A stretch of 35,609 bases of DNA from Chrysochromulina tobinii (lineage: Eukaryota): assembly GCA_001275005.1 (NCBI GenBank), contig JWZX01002910.1:1-35609 (forward strand), written 5' to 3'. Below the pieces are notes generated by a model. It had not been told where the DNA came from, ran no database searches, and saw nothing but the letters and a program-made list of their open reading frames with translations. Position numbers and translations under genes: made by a program. Of this stretch, positions 1-9,644 are shown piece by piece. Numbering within the stretch: the first letter of the stretch is position 1; each line of letters starts with the position of its first letter.

Positions 1-331
1 CGAGCACAAACCGCGTGATTGCGAGGAAGTGGAAGACGGTCTTGGGTGACGATGAGTCGAGGGGGACAGCGAAGGCCGAGATGAGCGCGCCGAAGATGGA
101 GATGGCCATCGTAAGCTGCAGCGCGCGAGAGCGGCCGAGGCAGTCGCCGATGTACCCAAACGTCAGCTGCCCAAAGATGGCACCGACCAGGCACGCCGTC
201 GCGGCCAGGTCTACGTCATCCTTGCACCCACTGGGACCGCCGCAGTACTGGTTCTCGATGATCACCTGCACGATCGAGATCACGGAAAGGTTGTATGAGG
301 TGGACAGCATGGACACAGCGGCGATGATGAC
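1..331. repeat. Segmental duplicate of 6519-6849 (same orientation, offset 6518)
   Basis: Manual alignment: 10 mismatches in 331 nt, no gaps; similarity ends abruptly after ...gcgatgatgac. Confidence 0.95.
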
Positions 332-754
332 AGATCGTGGAAGCCGTGCGAGCTTGACATCCCGGTCACGGTCGCGCACGGGCGCGGGGAGGATCTCTTG
401 CCGCACGAAGGAGAAGTTGTCGTCCAAATAGAGCATCTGATCCTCGTTCTCCCGGTCACGGTCGAGCACGGGCGAGAGGAAGATCTGCGTCGAGAAGGAG
501 CCGTTGCCGTCAATATCGAGGATCTGATCCTCGCTGGACGACACGCTTCCGTCCTGGTTCAGGTCGACCAGCTCGCTCTTCTCGACCTTGCCATCCTTAT
601 CTTCCTGGATTTCCACCACGGCTGACTCATCGTGCGAGACACGGCCATCCTGGCTCACATCGAGCGCTTCCTTTATGGTGATGACATCGTGGCCATCGTG
701 GTCTATGATCTCGGTCAAGGTGCTGCTGCTCATCGGAACGCGCTGAACCGTCAT
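1..754 (-). CDS. 5' part (runs off window) of a PHO84/PHT1-family MFS phosphate transporter paralog with an acidic EF-hand-like N-terminal extension
   Basis: Hand translation from ATG 754 is open to the window edge: MTVQRVPMSSSTLTEIIDHDGHDVITIKEALDVSQDGRVSHDE...VDLNQDGSVSSSEDQILDIDGNGSF...RSVIIAAVSMLSTSYNLSVISIVQV...GYIGDCLGRSRAL. Bases 1-331 match 6519-6849 in the same frame. Not in the ORF track because no stop lies in the window. Confidence 0.85.
   Translation of the reverse strand, partial: MTVQRVPMSSSTLTEIIDHDGHDVITIKEALDVSQDGRVSHDESAVVEIQEDKDGKVEKSELVDLNQDGSVSSSEDQILDIDGNGSFSTQIFLSPVLDRDRENEDQMLYLDDNFSFVRQEILPAPVRDRDRDVKLARLPRSVIIAAVSMLSTSYNLSVISIVQVIIENQYCGGPSGCKDDVDLAATACLVGAIFGQLTFGYIGDCLGRSRALQLTMAISIFGALISAFAVPLDSSSPKTVFHFLAITRFVL
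361..532 (-). repeat. ~90-nt internal duplication in the transporter N-terminal extension
   Basis: cccggtcacggtcgcgcacgggcg (361) vs cccggtcacggtcgagcacgggcg (451); protein EDQILDIDGNGSFSTQIFLSPVLDRDRE / EDQMLYLDDNFSFVRQEILPAPVRDRDRD. Confidence 0.85.
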
Positions 755-809
755 GCAGACACGCACTCCGAAATATGAGGACGCGACCTGGGCGTCTGGT
801 GTCTCAGGA

Positions 810-1050
810 TTATCAAGAATCGCGCCAAGAATAGCGCACACCTATTAAACGAATCGGCAAATTGGTACTCTTGATGTAATTGACTAAACAAATAGAGCGG
901 CGTCTTTAAAAATATCAAAATGATAATAATGCATCCTAATAAACACCGAAATAAACTCAAATGCGAATCGGGAATCGTGACGTTTGACCAAACAAATTGA
1001 GCGGAACCGCTAAAATGTAAAAAAAGTTCAAAACGGCTTTACTTATGTGA
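810..1050 (-). promoter_or_regulatory. AT-rich putative promoter region of the transporter paralog, with a 21-nt direct repeat
   Basis: Strongly AT-rich versus flanks; ttgactaaacaaatagagcgg (880-900) and ttgaccaaacaaattgagcgg (984-1004), 19/21 identical. Confidence 0.45.
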
Positions 1051-1410
1051 CAGGTGAGAGGTGAGACCAGTCACCAGACTCGGGGTAAGAGGCTTAGACT
1101 CTGTCCGACTCTGATGGAGATGCACAGGCAGGGGCCCGCAAGTGTTTATCATGGGGGTACCTTCTTTATAAGACCACCACAGATTGCCTCCTCCTCGTTC
1201 AAACCGTCTAACGCATGCTCAGGATCAGTGGCATCTACTCAGACTCACACTCCCGGAATCAATCCACCCGAGCGCACCACTAAGAGAGGTAGCAACACGA
1301 GAGAGTTCGGCAGCCAGTAGCAGGTTTGGACATATGAATGGGTGATCCACTGGCCACTGGCGTCTCCTCGGCGCGCCCCTGTTAGGGAGACGCGCGTCGG
1401 CGGAGAATCG

Positions 1411-2658
1411 TCAATTGAGAATAGTGGCCCCTTCGTCCTCGCTAGTGTTTATTGCTGGTGTGGGCCTGTCGGCGCCCAGCGTCGCGCCCACGCCCTCGCA
1501 CTCAATGATCCGATGAGCGGTCCCTTGGACGAGCTCGCCCACACGGAACGTGGCGCCCGTCATCTTCGCCGCAAAGTGGATGGCCGTCTCGAGGTGCTGC
1601 GAGGTCACCGACACAGGCGCCGCTAGGCGCGAGCATCCGTGGGCGAGGGCCATGTACACGATGAGCTGATCGCACGTGTGCTCACACGCACACGCGCCGC
1701 TCGCGAGCAGCTCCTCAAGCTCCCCGAGCATCGCACGCGCCTCGTTCTCGATCCTTCCCCCGTCGACGATCCGCGCCGTGCTGAGCAGCCGGTTCGCGCT
1801 CAGCACGGCGCCCGACTCCGTGGTCGCGACAAGCTGAACGCTCAGCTGCACTTGAGGCCCGGGCTTCCTCTGGCTGACAGGACGCGCCGACGCCGACCCA
1901 CCGCCGCTGCCGGCACCGGCTGACAGCAGCTCCATCTCGAAAGAGATGCAAGCACCTTCAAAAGCCGGTGACGCTTGGAGAAGCCGCTCAACGCACGTGC
2001 GCATCGCCGCCGCAGCGTCGGCGCCCCCCGTCGAGGCCGCCACGAAGACGTGCACGGTGCGCAGCGCGCCACGGCGCGTCAGGTCGATGGGGCAAAGCGT
2101 ACGCTCGAGGAGCCTCGCTCGCACGCGCAGCTCGCCAAGCTCAGGCACGAAGGCGCGCCGCTCGAGGCGAAGCTCCAAGCACACCCCCATACGCTCGAGC
2201 AGCGGCGCGAGGACGAGCGCTGTATGAGCCACGGGCGGTGCGAAGCTCCCGTCGGTGGCGCCGATGAGGACGAGCTCAGTAGAGCCTCCCGTGCAGAAGA
2301 GCAAGGCCGGCAACGCCGCTTGCAGCATCAGCGTAGTCGCTCCCGAAGTACTCGACTCCGCAGTCAGCACCGCTGGCAGCGGCGAGGCTGCCCTCTCTTC
2401 CACAGAGCAAGGCCGAGCCACCACCTCTTGCGACCGCAGCTCGTCGCCGGAGAGCGATCGGCTGCTGAGCGTGGCGCAAAGCCGGGCACCCGCGAGGTGC
2501 TGGTTGGCGAGGCCGGGCTTGGAGCGGCCGGCTCGAATGGAGTGAATGCGGATGGGCAGCTCGGAGAGAAAGGAGAGGGAGAGCACGCTGCGGATAACTT
2601 GACCGCCGCCCTCGAGCGTCGCACCATCGATCGTGATCTCGGACGGCAACGACGCCAT
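1411..2658 (-). CDS. RTCA: RNA 3'-terminal phosphate cyclase
   Basis: IDGATLEGGGQVIR, IRAGRSKPGLANQHL, SGATTLMLQ, GATDGSFAPP, EHTCDQL and SQHLET (His at the adenylylated catalytic position). Confidence 0.93.
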   Translation of the reverse strand: MASLPSEITIDGATLEGGGQVIRSVLSLSFLSELPIRIHSIRAGRSKPGLANQHLAGARLCATLSSRSLSGDELRSQEVVARPCSVEERAASPLPAVLTAESSTSGATTLMLQAALPALLFCTGGSTELVLIGATDGSFAPPVAHTALVLAPLLERMGVCLELRLERRAFVPELGELRVRARLLERTLCPIDLTRRGALRTVHVFVAASTGGADAAAAMRTCVERLLQASPAFEGACISFEMELLSAGAGSGGGSASARPVSQRKPGPQVQLSVQLVATTESGAVLSANRLLSTARIVDGGRIENEARAMLGELEELLASGACACEHTCDQLIVYMALAHGCSRLAAPVSVTSQHLETAIHFAAKMTGATFRVGELVQGTAHRIIECEGVGATLGADRPTPAINTSEDEGATILN

Positions 2659-2734
2659 CGTTGACCAAACTTATTGACTTGTCGCGAGTTCCTGCAGTAC
2701 GAATACTTCCAACTGTGAGAAAGGCTGCGTAACG

Positions 2735-2781
2735 GCGTTCAGTCAGTTCGGTCGCGTTCGGTCAGCGTTCGGTCAGTCGGT
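2735..2781. repeat. Short degenerate (GTTCGGTCA-like) repeats in the RTCA / SET divergent intergenic region
   Basis: gcgttcagtcagttcggtcgcgttcggtcagcgttcggtcagtcggt. Confidence 0.6.
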
Positions 2782-3118
2782 GAGACCGGAAAACGAAGTC
2801 GTCGCCGGTCGCCGGCGCCATGTGGCGCTCGCAATTGCCGTGCAGTCGAGCGCGCTCAAGGTGCGGCTGGAGCAGAAGGCCGTCGCGCGACCGCACAGAA
2901 TTCCTATCAGGTGATTGCATGCGCCGGATTTCACGTGCAGGAAGGGATCAATGCTTTCGGCGGTTTCAGAATTCACATGTATTCACTTTGCTTTTCCCAC
3001 AAGCACGATTGCGCGCCGCCGATGCCGTGTGTGCACAAGAGTAGTAAAGCTGGTGCCGACGGTTCGCGCGTCGGCGGCTGTGGCGCGATCGTACCGGTAC
3101 TGTACGGCTCTGAGTGCG

Positions 3119-4777
3119 ATGGCCACAGATGTGCCGCTTGAATTTGAGAGTCTGCTGGCTTGGCGGCGCGACGCGTCTACAGGGAGGAGCCTTTGGTATT
3201 TTCTGGAGCTCAATAAAGGCGAGTCGCACGAGGGTCGACCCATCGAGGGTTGGCCGCTGCTGCTGCTCGAGCATCCTGTGCGTGGCAGATACGTTGTTGC
3301 GGCGCGGGACCTCGGCGTGGGCGAGCTTGTGTGTGCCGAGGAACCATTTGTTCACACGGTGCACGACGATCTGCAGAGCACCGTCTGCCACCATTGCTTC
3401 AGCTTGCTGCCAAGCGAGGCCTCTGCACAAGTGGAGACCTGCCGCGCATGCAACCAGGTACGGTACTGCTCAGCAACGTGCGCACGTGATGGGGCGGCGG
3501 TGCACGCCGCCGAATGTGACGTGCTGCACGCCATCGCCAAGAGCGGCAACCCTGCGCTCCAGAAGGGAGTGCGCGGGCTGCGTCTCTTCGTGCGCCTCGT
3601 GCACCGCGCCGCGGCCGACCCACGGGCGTTTGCCGACGTGGAGGCGCTGGTCGAGCACTACACGGACGCACCGCCCGAGCGCCGGCGCATGCTCGAGGGC
3701 ATCGCCACGCAGGTCAATAAGATCGTGCCACCGCACGTGAGGATGCCGCTCGACCGCCTTGCGAAGGCAGTGAGCCGCGTGCACACCAACTCGCACGCGA
3801 TCGCAGACATGGCGGGCTTGCAGTACGGCAGCGGCCTGTACGCCAAGGTGGGCAGCTACTTCAACCACAGCTGCGCGCCCTCGGCCGTCTCCTCCTTCCG
3901 AGGACGCACTTGGCGACTCCATACGATCCGTCCAGTACGGCGCGGCGACGAGGTCACCATCGCATACACAGAGCTGTATGCCAGCCGTGACGAGAGGCAG
4001 GCCTCGCTGAGCGCGCAGAAGGGCTTCAAGTGCGCCTGCGCGCGCTGCGTGGCGCCGCCGGCACGCGATCTCGTACTCGATGGGTGGCGATGCACCACGC
4101 CTGGGTGTGAGGGTGTCTTGGGTGCGGCGCAGACGTCGTGCACGCGCTGCCACACGGCACACGCGCTGCCACCCGCCGCGCGTGCCTCCATCGAGCAACG
4201 ATGGGTCGCCAGCATCGACGAGGGGGCCGCTGGGCTCCATGGTGGCCGTGGAGGCGCGAGCGTCGTCTCGAGCGGCTCTGCGACGAGCGCCGTGGCGAGC
4301 ACGGCGGCCGTCCGGGCGAAGGAGGTCATAGCATGCGAAGCAGCGATGCGCGCAGCGGAGAAGGTCCTTTCGCAGAGTGAAGCTAAGCTGCACCCGCATC
4401 ACGCGCTGCGCAATAAGGCACGCCGGCTCAAGGTGTACGCCCTGCCGCCCGACAAGACCCCTGCGGACCTCGTGCGCGCGCTTGAAGACTGTCTCCCTGG
4501 GCTGAGGGCGCACCTGCCGCACGGCCACCCAGAGACGGCGTTCTTCGAGCATTGGCTCGCGCACGCTCTCTGCGACGACGCGGCGTCGTATCCCGCGGGC
4601 AGCTCCGCACGAGAACGCCTCCGGCAGCAGGCATGCCACGCGGCCAATGCTGCCTTGGAGGGATTGACGATCTCGTATGGCGCAGATCACCCGTTCGTGC
4701 ACACATGGCGCGCGAGCGATGCGGAGCGTGATAGGGCGCTCGCCATGGCGCACGAGCGATGCGGAGCGTCCATATAG
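3119..4777 (+). CDS. SMYD-type SET and MYND domain lysine methyltransferase
   Basis: RGRYVVAARDL...EEP, MYND finger (CHHC..CRAC..YCSATC..H..C), YFNHSCAP, VTIAY, post-SET CACARC, helical C-terminus. Start at ATG 3119 is a guess; the ORF is open from 2915. Confidence 0.88.
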   Translation: MATDVPLEFESLLAWRRDASTGRSLWYFLELNKGESHEGRPIEGWPLLLLEHPVRGRYVVAARDLGVGELVCAEEPFVHTVHDDLQSTVCHHCFSLLPSEASAQVETCRACNQVRYCSATCARDGAAVHAAECDVLHAIAKSGNPALQKGVRGLRLFVRLVHRAAADPRAFADVEALVEHYTDAPPERRRMLEGIATQVNKIVPPHVRMPLDRLAKAVSRVHTNSHAIADMAGLQYGSGLYAKVGSYFNHSCAPSAVSSFRGRTWRLHTIRPVRRGDEVTIAYTELYASRDERQASLSAQKGFKCACARCVAPPARDLVLDGWRCTTPGCEGVLGAAQTSCTRCHTAHALPPAARASIEQRWVASIDEGAAGLHGGRGGASVVSSGSATSAVASTAAVRAKEVIACEAAMRAAEKVLSQSEAKLHPHHALRNKARRLKVYALPPDKTPADLVRALEDCLPGLRAHLPHGHPETAFFEHWLAHALCDDAASYPAGSSARERLRQQACHAANAALEGLTISYGADHPFVHTWRASDAERDRALAMAHERCGASI

Positions 4778-5427
4778 GGCGCTCGCCGGTTGAGGCGCGT
4801 CAGGCGTGGCCCGGCAGCCCTTAAGGCCGCCCGCGTGGTAGGCGTTAATGTGGGGTCTGCACGGTCTGGCACTGGCTGATGCTGGTCCTGGTGCGGGAAC
4901 GTGCGTCACGTAGCGGGAACATCATGGGGACGTGCTCTCTGTTTTCTCGAAAATCAAATTAGGGGAAGGTAGACCGGCCATGAGATCGGCTGGGCACACG
5001 GCGTGGACGCCGAATCCGAACCCTCGGTGATTCGCACCACTCCACACGAACCGAATCGTCGCGCTCTTGCCACTTGCGGTTTCGGCCGCCGTGCTAAGCA
5101 CATCAAACGTCACTCTCCATCACTCCACCGGCACCGGCACCGGTGAAACCTTCGGCCATTGGCATAGATGGCATTGTCGGCGTCGGACTCGGCGGGAGCG
5201 CCCGTGGCGTTGCGCGCGCCACTCATCACGGCACTCCATCAGGCTACTATCGCGTCGCCTCTCGCGGCGCCGCGTCCGAGAGATGACTATCAAAGCACCC
5301 CAACGCTCGCCGCCCCAACGCGCGCCACCGCTGCCGCCCGTTGCACGCGCAGCCCTTCGGAGTGCCTGCTCTGCTCGGCTGTGAATTCACACCTCATTCA
5401 CACCTCGGAGTCCCTGATCTGCTCGGC

Positions 5428-6870
5428 TCACTCGATGGCGGTGCTCAGCAGCGGCCGCGTCTGAGAGGCGCCTTCCATTCCGCTCCTCCGACGGTCCTCG
5501 ACGAAGGCGAGGGTGAGCAAGAGGCCGGCCAGCGAGACGGCCGCACACGCGAGCATCGTATGAGGGAGCCCGTACTCCTCGTTGAACGGCGTGAAGAAGT
5601 AGGAGCCGAGAGCGGCCCCAGCCTTCCCACTGGCTGCTGAGAAGCCGTTGAGAGTGGTGCGCACCTCGGGTGGGAAGGTCTCCGAAGGCAAAATGAACGT
5701 GGTCGAGTTGGGCCCAAAGTTGGAGAAGAAGAAGGTGAGCCCGTACAGCACGAGCAGCAGCGCCGCCAGGTTGCGCTTCTGCATCTCGTCGAACCAAATC
5801 CCCAGGATGCCGAAGAGGACGGTCATGAAGAAGAATCCCTGGAGCTGGATGTTGCGACGTCCTAGGGAGTCCATGAAGCACACGGAGACGTAGTAGCCGG
5901 GGAGCGCGATGCACGCGATCATGATCATCTGCAGCGCGCGGTTGTGCGACAGATCGCCCTCGATGGGCTCGAAATGAGAGGGCGCGCTCTTGTTATGCGC
6001 CACGTTGAAGATGCTGGCGAGCACGGGTGCCTGGAAGAGCTGGTTGCCATAAAAGGTGATGTCGAAGAGGAACCAGCCGCCCGCGCACCCGAGGATCTTG
6101 CCCCAGTAGCGGGGCGACGCGAGCGCCTGCATCAGCGTCATCTTTTGCGGTGCTCCCGCCATGCGTGCGGTGCTCGAGCCATCCGACACGACCGCGTTGA
6201 CCTCCACCGCGCCGTCCGTCGCGGCTGCCTTGGCGGCCTCGCGTGTCTCGGCGGCCTTGTACGGGGCGAGCAGGATGCCGGGGATGCCGCCCAGACCGAG
6301 CATCAGGCGCCACGAGAGCCCCAGGTCGTCCGGACTGTCGGGGTTGCCGTTGCCGTTGGGCAGCTGCACGAGGGCGAGCGCGATGATGGGGACGAGTAGG
6401 TTCGCGACGCCCTGCATGCTGAAGACGATGGAGACGGTGCGCCCGCGCGACGTGGAGGAGCCGGCGGACTCGCTCGCGATCGTCGCGGACAGCGGGTAGA
6501 CGCCGCCCACGCCCACGCCGAGCACAAACCGCGTGATTGCGAGGAAGTGGAAGACGGTCTTGGGTGACGATGAGTCGAGGGGGACAGCGAAGGCCGAGAT
6601 GAGCGCACCGAAGATGGAGATGGCCATCGTAAGCTGCAGCGCGCGAGAGCGGCCGAGGCAGTCGCCGACGTACCCAAACGTCAGCTGCCCAAAGATGGCA
6701 CCGACCAGGCACGCCGTCGCGGCCAGGTCAGCGTCATCCTTGCACCCCTTGGGACCGCCGCAGTACTGGTTCTCGATGATCACCTGCACGATCGAGATCA
6801 CGGAAAGGTTGTATGCGGTGGATAGGTTGGACACAGCGGCGATGATGACGTTGCGCACGTTGCCCTTCAT
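5428..6870 (-). CDS. PHO84/PHT1-family MFS inorganic phosphate transporter
   Basis: GQLTFGYVGDCLGR, RFVLGVGVGGVYPLSATIASE, FSMQG, WFLFDITFYG, FFSNFGPNSTTFILPSETFP, GFSAASGKAGA; many hydrophobic helices; first ATG at 6870. Confidence 0.92.
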   Translation of the reverse strand: MKGNVRNVIIAAVSNLSTAYNLSVISIVQVIIENQYCGGPKGCKDDADLAATACLVGAIFGQLTFGYVGDCLGRSRALQLTMAISIFGALISAFAVPLDSSSPKTVFHFLAITRFVLGVGVGGVYPLSATIASESAGSSTSRGRTVSIVFSMQGVANLLVPIIALALVQLPNGNGNPDSPDDLGLSWRLMLGLGGIPGILLAPYKAAETREAAKAAATDGAVEVNAVVSDGSSTARMAGAPQKMTLMQALASPRYWGKILGCAGGWFLFDITFYGNQLFQAPVLASIFNVAHNKSAPSHFEPIEGDLSHNRALQMIMIACIALPGYYVSVCFMDSLGRRNIQLQGFFFMTVLFGILGIWFDEMQKRNLAALLLVLYGLTFFFSNFGPNSTTFILPSETFPPEVRTTLNGFSAASGKAGAALGSYFFTPFNEEYGLPHTMLACAAVSLAGLLLTLAFVEDRRRSGMEGASQTRPLLSTAIE

Positions 6871-7069
6871 ATCGTTTCGTGAGCGCGGAAGCCCCGAGCC
6901 CCGCAGAAAATGTCCACAAGTGTTCGAATTCACAGCCAATGTTTATAATTCGACACCACACACGTGAACAGCCATTCACGGAACTCTGATTGCGAGGGAG
7001 GCGAAAAGAGAACTTGAGGGCTTTTCTAATTTTGTTTAGTGCTAAATTTGGTCGCCCGTCGGCGCAATC

Positions 7070-8772
7070 ATGAACGGAGCAGCATCCGCACACATGACGG
7101 TGCCATTTGCCAATATCGTGGCGGATGTCGGCGCGCCGTTATTCGAAGGCGGCGTCTCAGCGAAGCGCACGTGCTACCAGGTCTGGTCGTCGAGCATAAT
7201 CACCGCGCTCGCCAACTTTGGCGTGTTGTACAATTACAACTCCATCGCGGGCCTCTCATCCTCTTGGCTCACGGCCTTGTATGGCGACCCGGTGTGGGCG
7301 AATCAACTGTCAAGCAATGTCATCTTTGTCGGCACGCTGATCGGCATGCTCGGATTTGGTGTGCTCGGCGACCTCATCGGTCTCGACCGGGCGATGACGC
7401 TCACGCTGGCCGTGCAGGCCATCGGGGCATTGTTGCAAGCTGTGATGCCGTGGGGCTCAACGGATACGGCCTGGTCGCTCCTCATCGTCGCGCGCTTCAT
7501 CATCGGCGTCGGGTGCGGCGGCGTGTACCCACTCTCTGCGGGCAAGGCCGCAGCCGACGCTACGCACACCGTCGATCCCGACGAGAAGGCTAAGAGCGCC
7601 GCAATCGCCTTCTTCTGGCGCAACCCGGCGATGGTCTGGATCTACCTGTTTGGCTACCTGTTGTACCTCGGGCCAGGCGCGGGCATCCCTAGCTCAGTCG
7701 ACGGTCAGCTCGAGCCCGAGGACGACGCGCAGCGCCGTGGTTGGCAGATCGCGTGGCGCGTCGCGCTCGGGTTCGGCTGCATCGCGCCGGCGTTGATGAC
7801 TGTGGCCTCGGTGTTTGAGCCTCGCGCGAACGGTGCTTTGAGGGACGTGAACCAGCCGCCGCTGCTCGAGCGCGTCATCAAGGCGCGGCCGTGGCGCGGC
7901 TTCATCGCCACGGGCGGCGCGTGGTTCTTCTTCGACATCAGCTACTACGGCAACAGCCTGCTACAACCCAAGATCCTTGATACTCTCGCGCCGCCAAATT
8001 CAACTTTGTCTGTGTGGGAGTCGGAAGCGGAGAATATGGCGGTCGCGATGGTCGGTGTGCTGTTCACGCTGGTCATCATCCTGCTGCTGCCCGTGATCGG
8101 CGTGATCCGCATGCAGCATTTCGGATTACTCCTCGTCACCATCATCGCTACGATCCTCGCGTGAGCACGGCCACACCGCGACGCTCGCTGCCCCCACACG
8201 CTGCCCCCACAACCTCCACGCTGCCCCCACACGCTGCCCCCACAACCTCCACGCTGCCCCATACGCTGCCCCCACACGCCCCCCCTGCCCCCTCACGCTG
8301 CCCCCTCACGCCCCCCCTGCCCCCATCCCCTCGCGTACGCTGCCCCCTCATGCTTCGCTACGCGCCTGTCCATCGTAGGTTCACGTGGGGCCTCTTCCAG
8401 GACGCGGGCGTCGGAGCGCCGGTATTGCTACCGCTGTACGCACTGCTCTATGGCTCTTATTGGGCGCCCAACGTGACCACTTACATCATGGCCACCATTG
8501 CCTTCGAGCCGTCCATCCGCTCGACTATGAACGGCATGAGCGCCGCGCTGGGCAAGGTGGGCGCCATCCTGGGCTCCACTCTCTTCAAGGCGCTCCTCGA
8601 GTACAAGGTGGGCGGCTCGGAGAACGCGGCGGTGCAGATCATCATGGCGCTCTGTGCTGCCTTCGGCGCTTGTGGCATCGTGTGCACGTACGTCGGGGTT
8701 GGCCATGGTTGCAAGCCAAAGGACCTCCCGAGCGAGTACCAGTCTGCTGCTGTAGCTCCACTGGTGCTCTAG
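7070..8772 (+). CDS. Divergent PHO84/PHT1-like MFS transporter, join(7070..8160,8379..8772)
   Basis: GMLGFGVLGDLIG, RFIIGVGCGGVYPLSA, WFFFDISYYGN, PNVTTY, STMNGMSAALGKVGA; removing a GT-AG intron joins ...ATILA|FTWG... in frame. Confidence 0.88.
8161..8378 (+). other. Spliceosomal intron (218 nt) containing a C-rich minisatellite
   Basis: gtgagc...catcgtag; internal cacgctgcccc repeats; removal restores the MFS frame. Confidence 0.85.
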
Positions 8773-8782
8773 CTCCAATCAT

Positions 8783-8820
8783 GAGATTGGTCGAGATTGG
8801 TCGAGATTGGTCGAGATTGG
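8783..8820. repeat. 10-nt tandem repeat (gagattggtc) x ~4
   Basis: gagattggtc gagattggtc gagattggtc gagattgg directly after the stop codon. Confidence 0.9.
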
Positions 8821-8883
8821 ACGTAGTGGAGCTATGTAGTGGAGCTACAGCAGCAGTTGCTCACTGCCTACGCATGCTCTAGG

Positions 8884-9008
8884 GCACCTGCGGCTCCACT
8901 ACGCAAGCTGTGTGCACCTGTGGCTCCACTACCCAAGCTGTGTTGCACCTGTGGCTCCACTACGCATGCTGTGTGCACCTGTGGCTCCTCGTTTAGCATG
9001 GTGCACCT
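8884..9008. repeat. ~30-nt minisatellite, about 4 copies
   Basis: Unit gcacctgtggctccactacgcatgctgtgt at 8884, 8914, 8945 and a degenerate copy at 8975. Confidence 0.9.
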
Positions 9009-9644
9009 CGCCTAACTGTATAGCAGTAGCACCAGAACCAGAAGCAGCACACCAGAAGCAGCAGTTTAAGAGGCCAGTGCTAGTGAGTGTAGCGTTCCGG
9101 GTGTCTGGTCGGGTGTGGCTCGCCCGCCACCCCGACATGTAGCGTCGGTCGTTGCCCGTACGCCCGAGCCACAGCCAGCCCGAGCACCGTGGCCGAGGAT
9201 GAGGGATCTGCACGCCCCAGCCCGGACCGCATCGAGACGCCTGTACAGCACTCATGACAGCACTCCGCTCGCGCTCCGGACTGCAGCACCATGTACCGGC
9301 ACAGTCCCGTCCGTCGCCGCGCGTTGACCGTGTGCGGCCGGTGTGCGTTCTTGTCAGTCGTCTGTCGTGTGGGCTGTGGCCGCCCCCGCCCGGCGCGGCT
9401 GCAACGGACCGACCATCTCAACCGTACGCATGTTATCAGAGTTACGAAAAGGACGTACCCACACATACGGTGTTAACATCGTCAGGATCTTACAGTTACG
9501 CCGTTCGCTCAAGCCTCAAGCGACAAGCCCGAGCGGACGACCCGCACGCGCATCCCTCGTCGCGCCTCACCCCACCCGACAATCGAACATACGTCCGTCA
9601 ATCACACACCCAACAGAAGGGAATGGAAGGCAACGAAGGCCGTT

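Noticed and set aside
15..431. Plus-strand ORFs 15-431 and 6533-6967
   Set aside because: Antisense shadows of the duplicated transporter CDS
1054..1400. Possible ncRNA or ribozyme in the spacer between the transporter and RTCA
   Set aside because: A tcctcg word and one hairpin (1360-1393) are present, but HDV or hammerhead pairings could not be completed
1411..2658. Bacterial rtcA/rtcB RNA-repair operon
   Set aside because: No rtcB or rtcR nearby; stand-alone eukaryotic gene
3470..4909. Long antisense ORFs (479 aa here, 463 aa at 26130-27521, others)
   Set aside because: Expected opposite GC-rich coding sequence; no motifs
8884..9008. CRISPR-like array of ~30-nt repeats
   Set aside because: Units are contiguous with no unique spacers, no cas genes, eukaryotic context; it is a minisatellite
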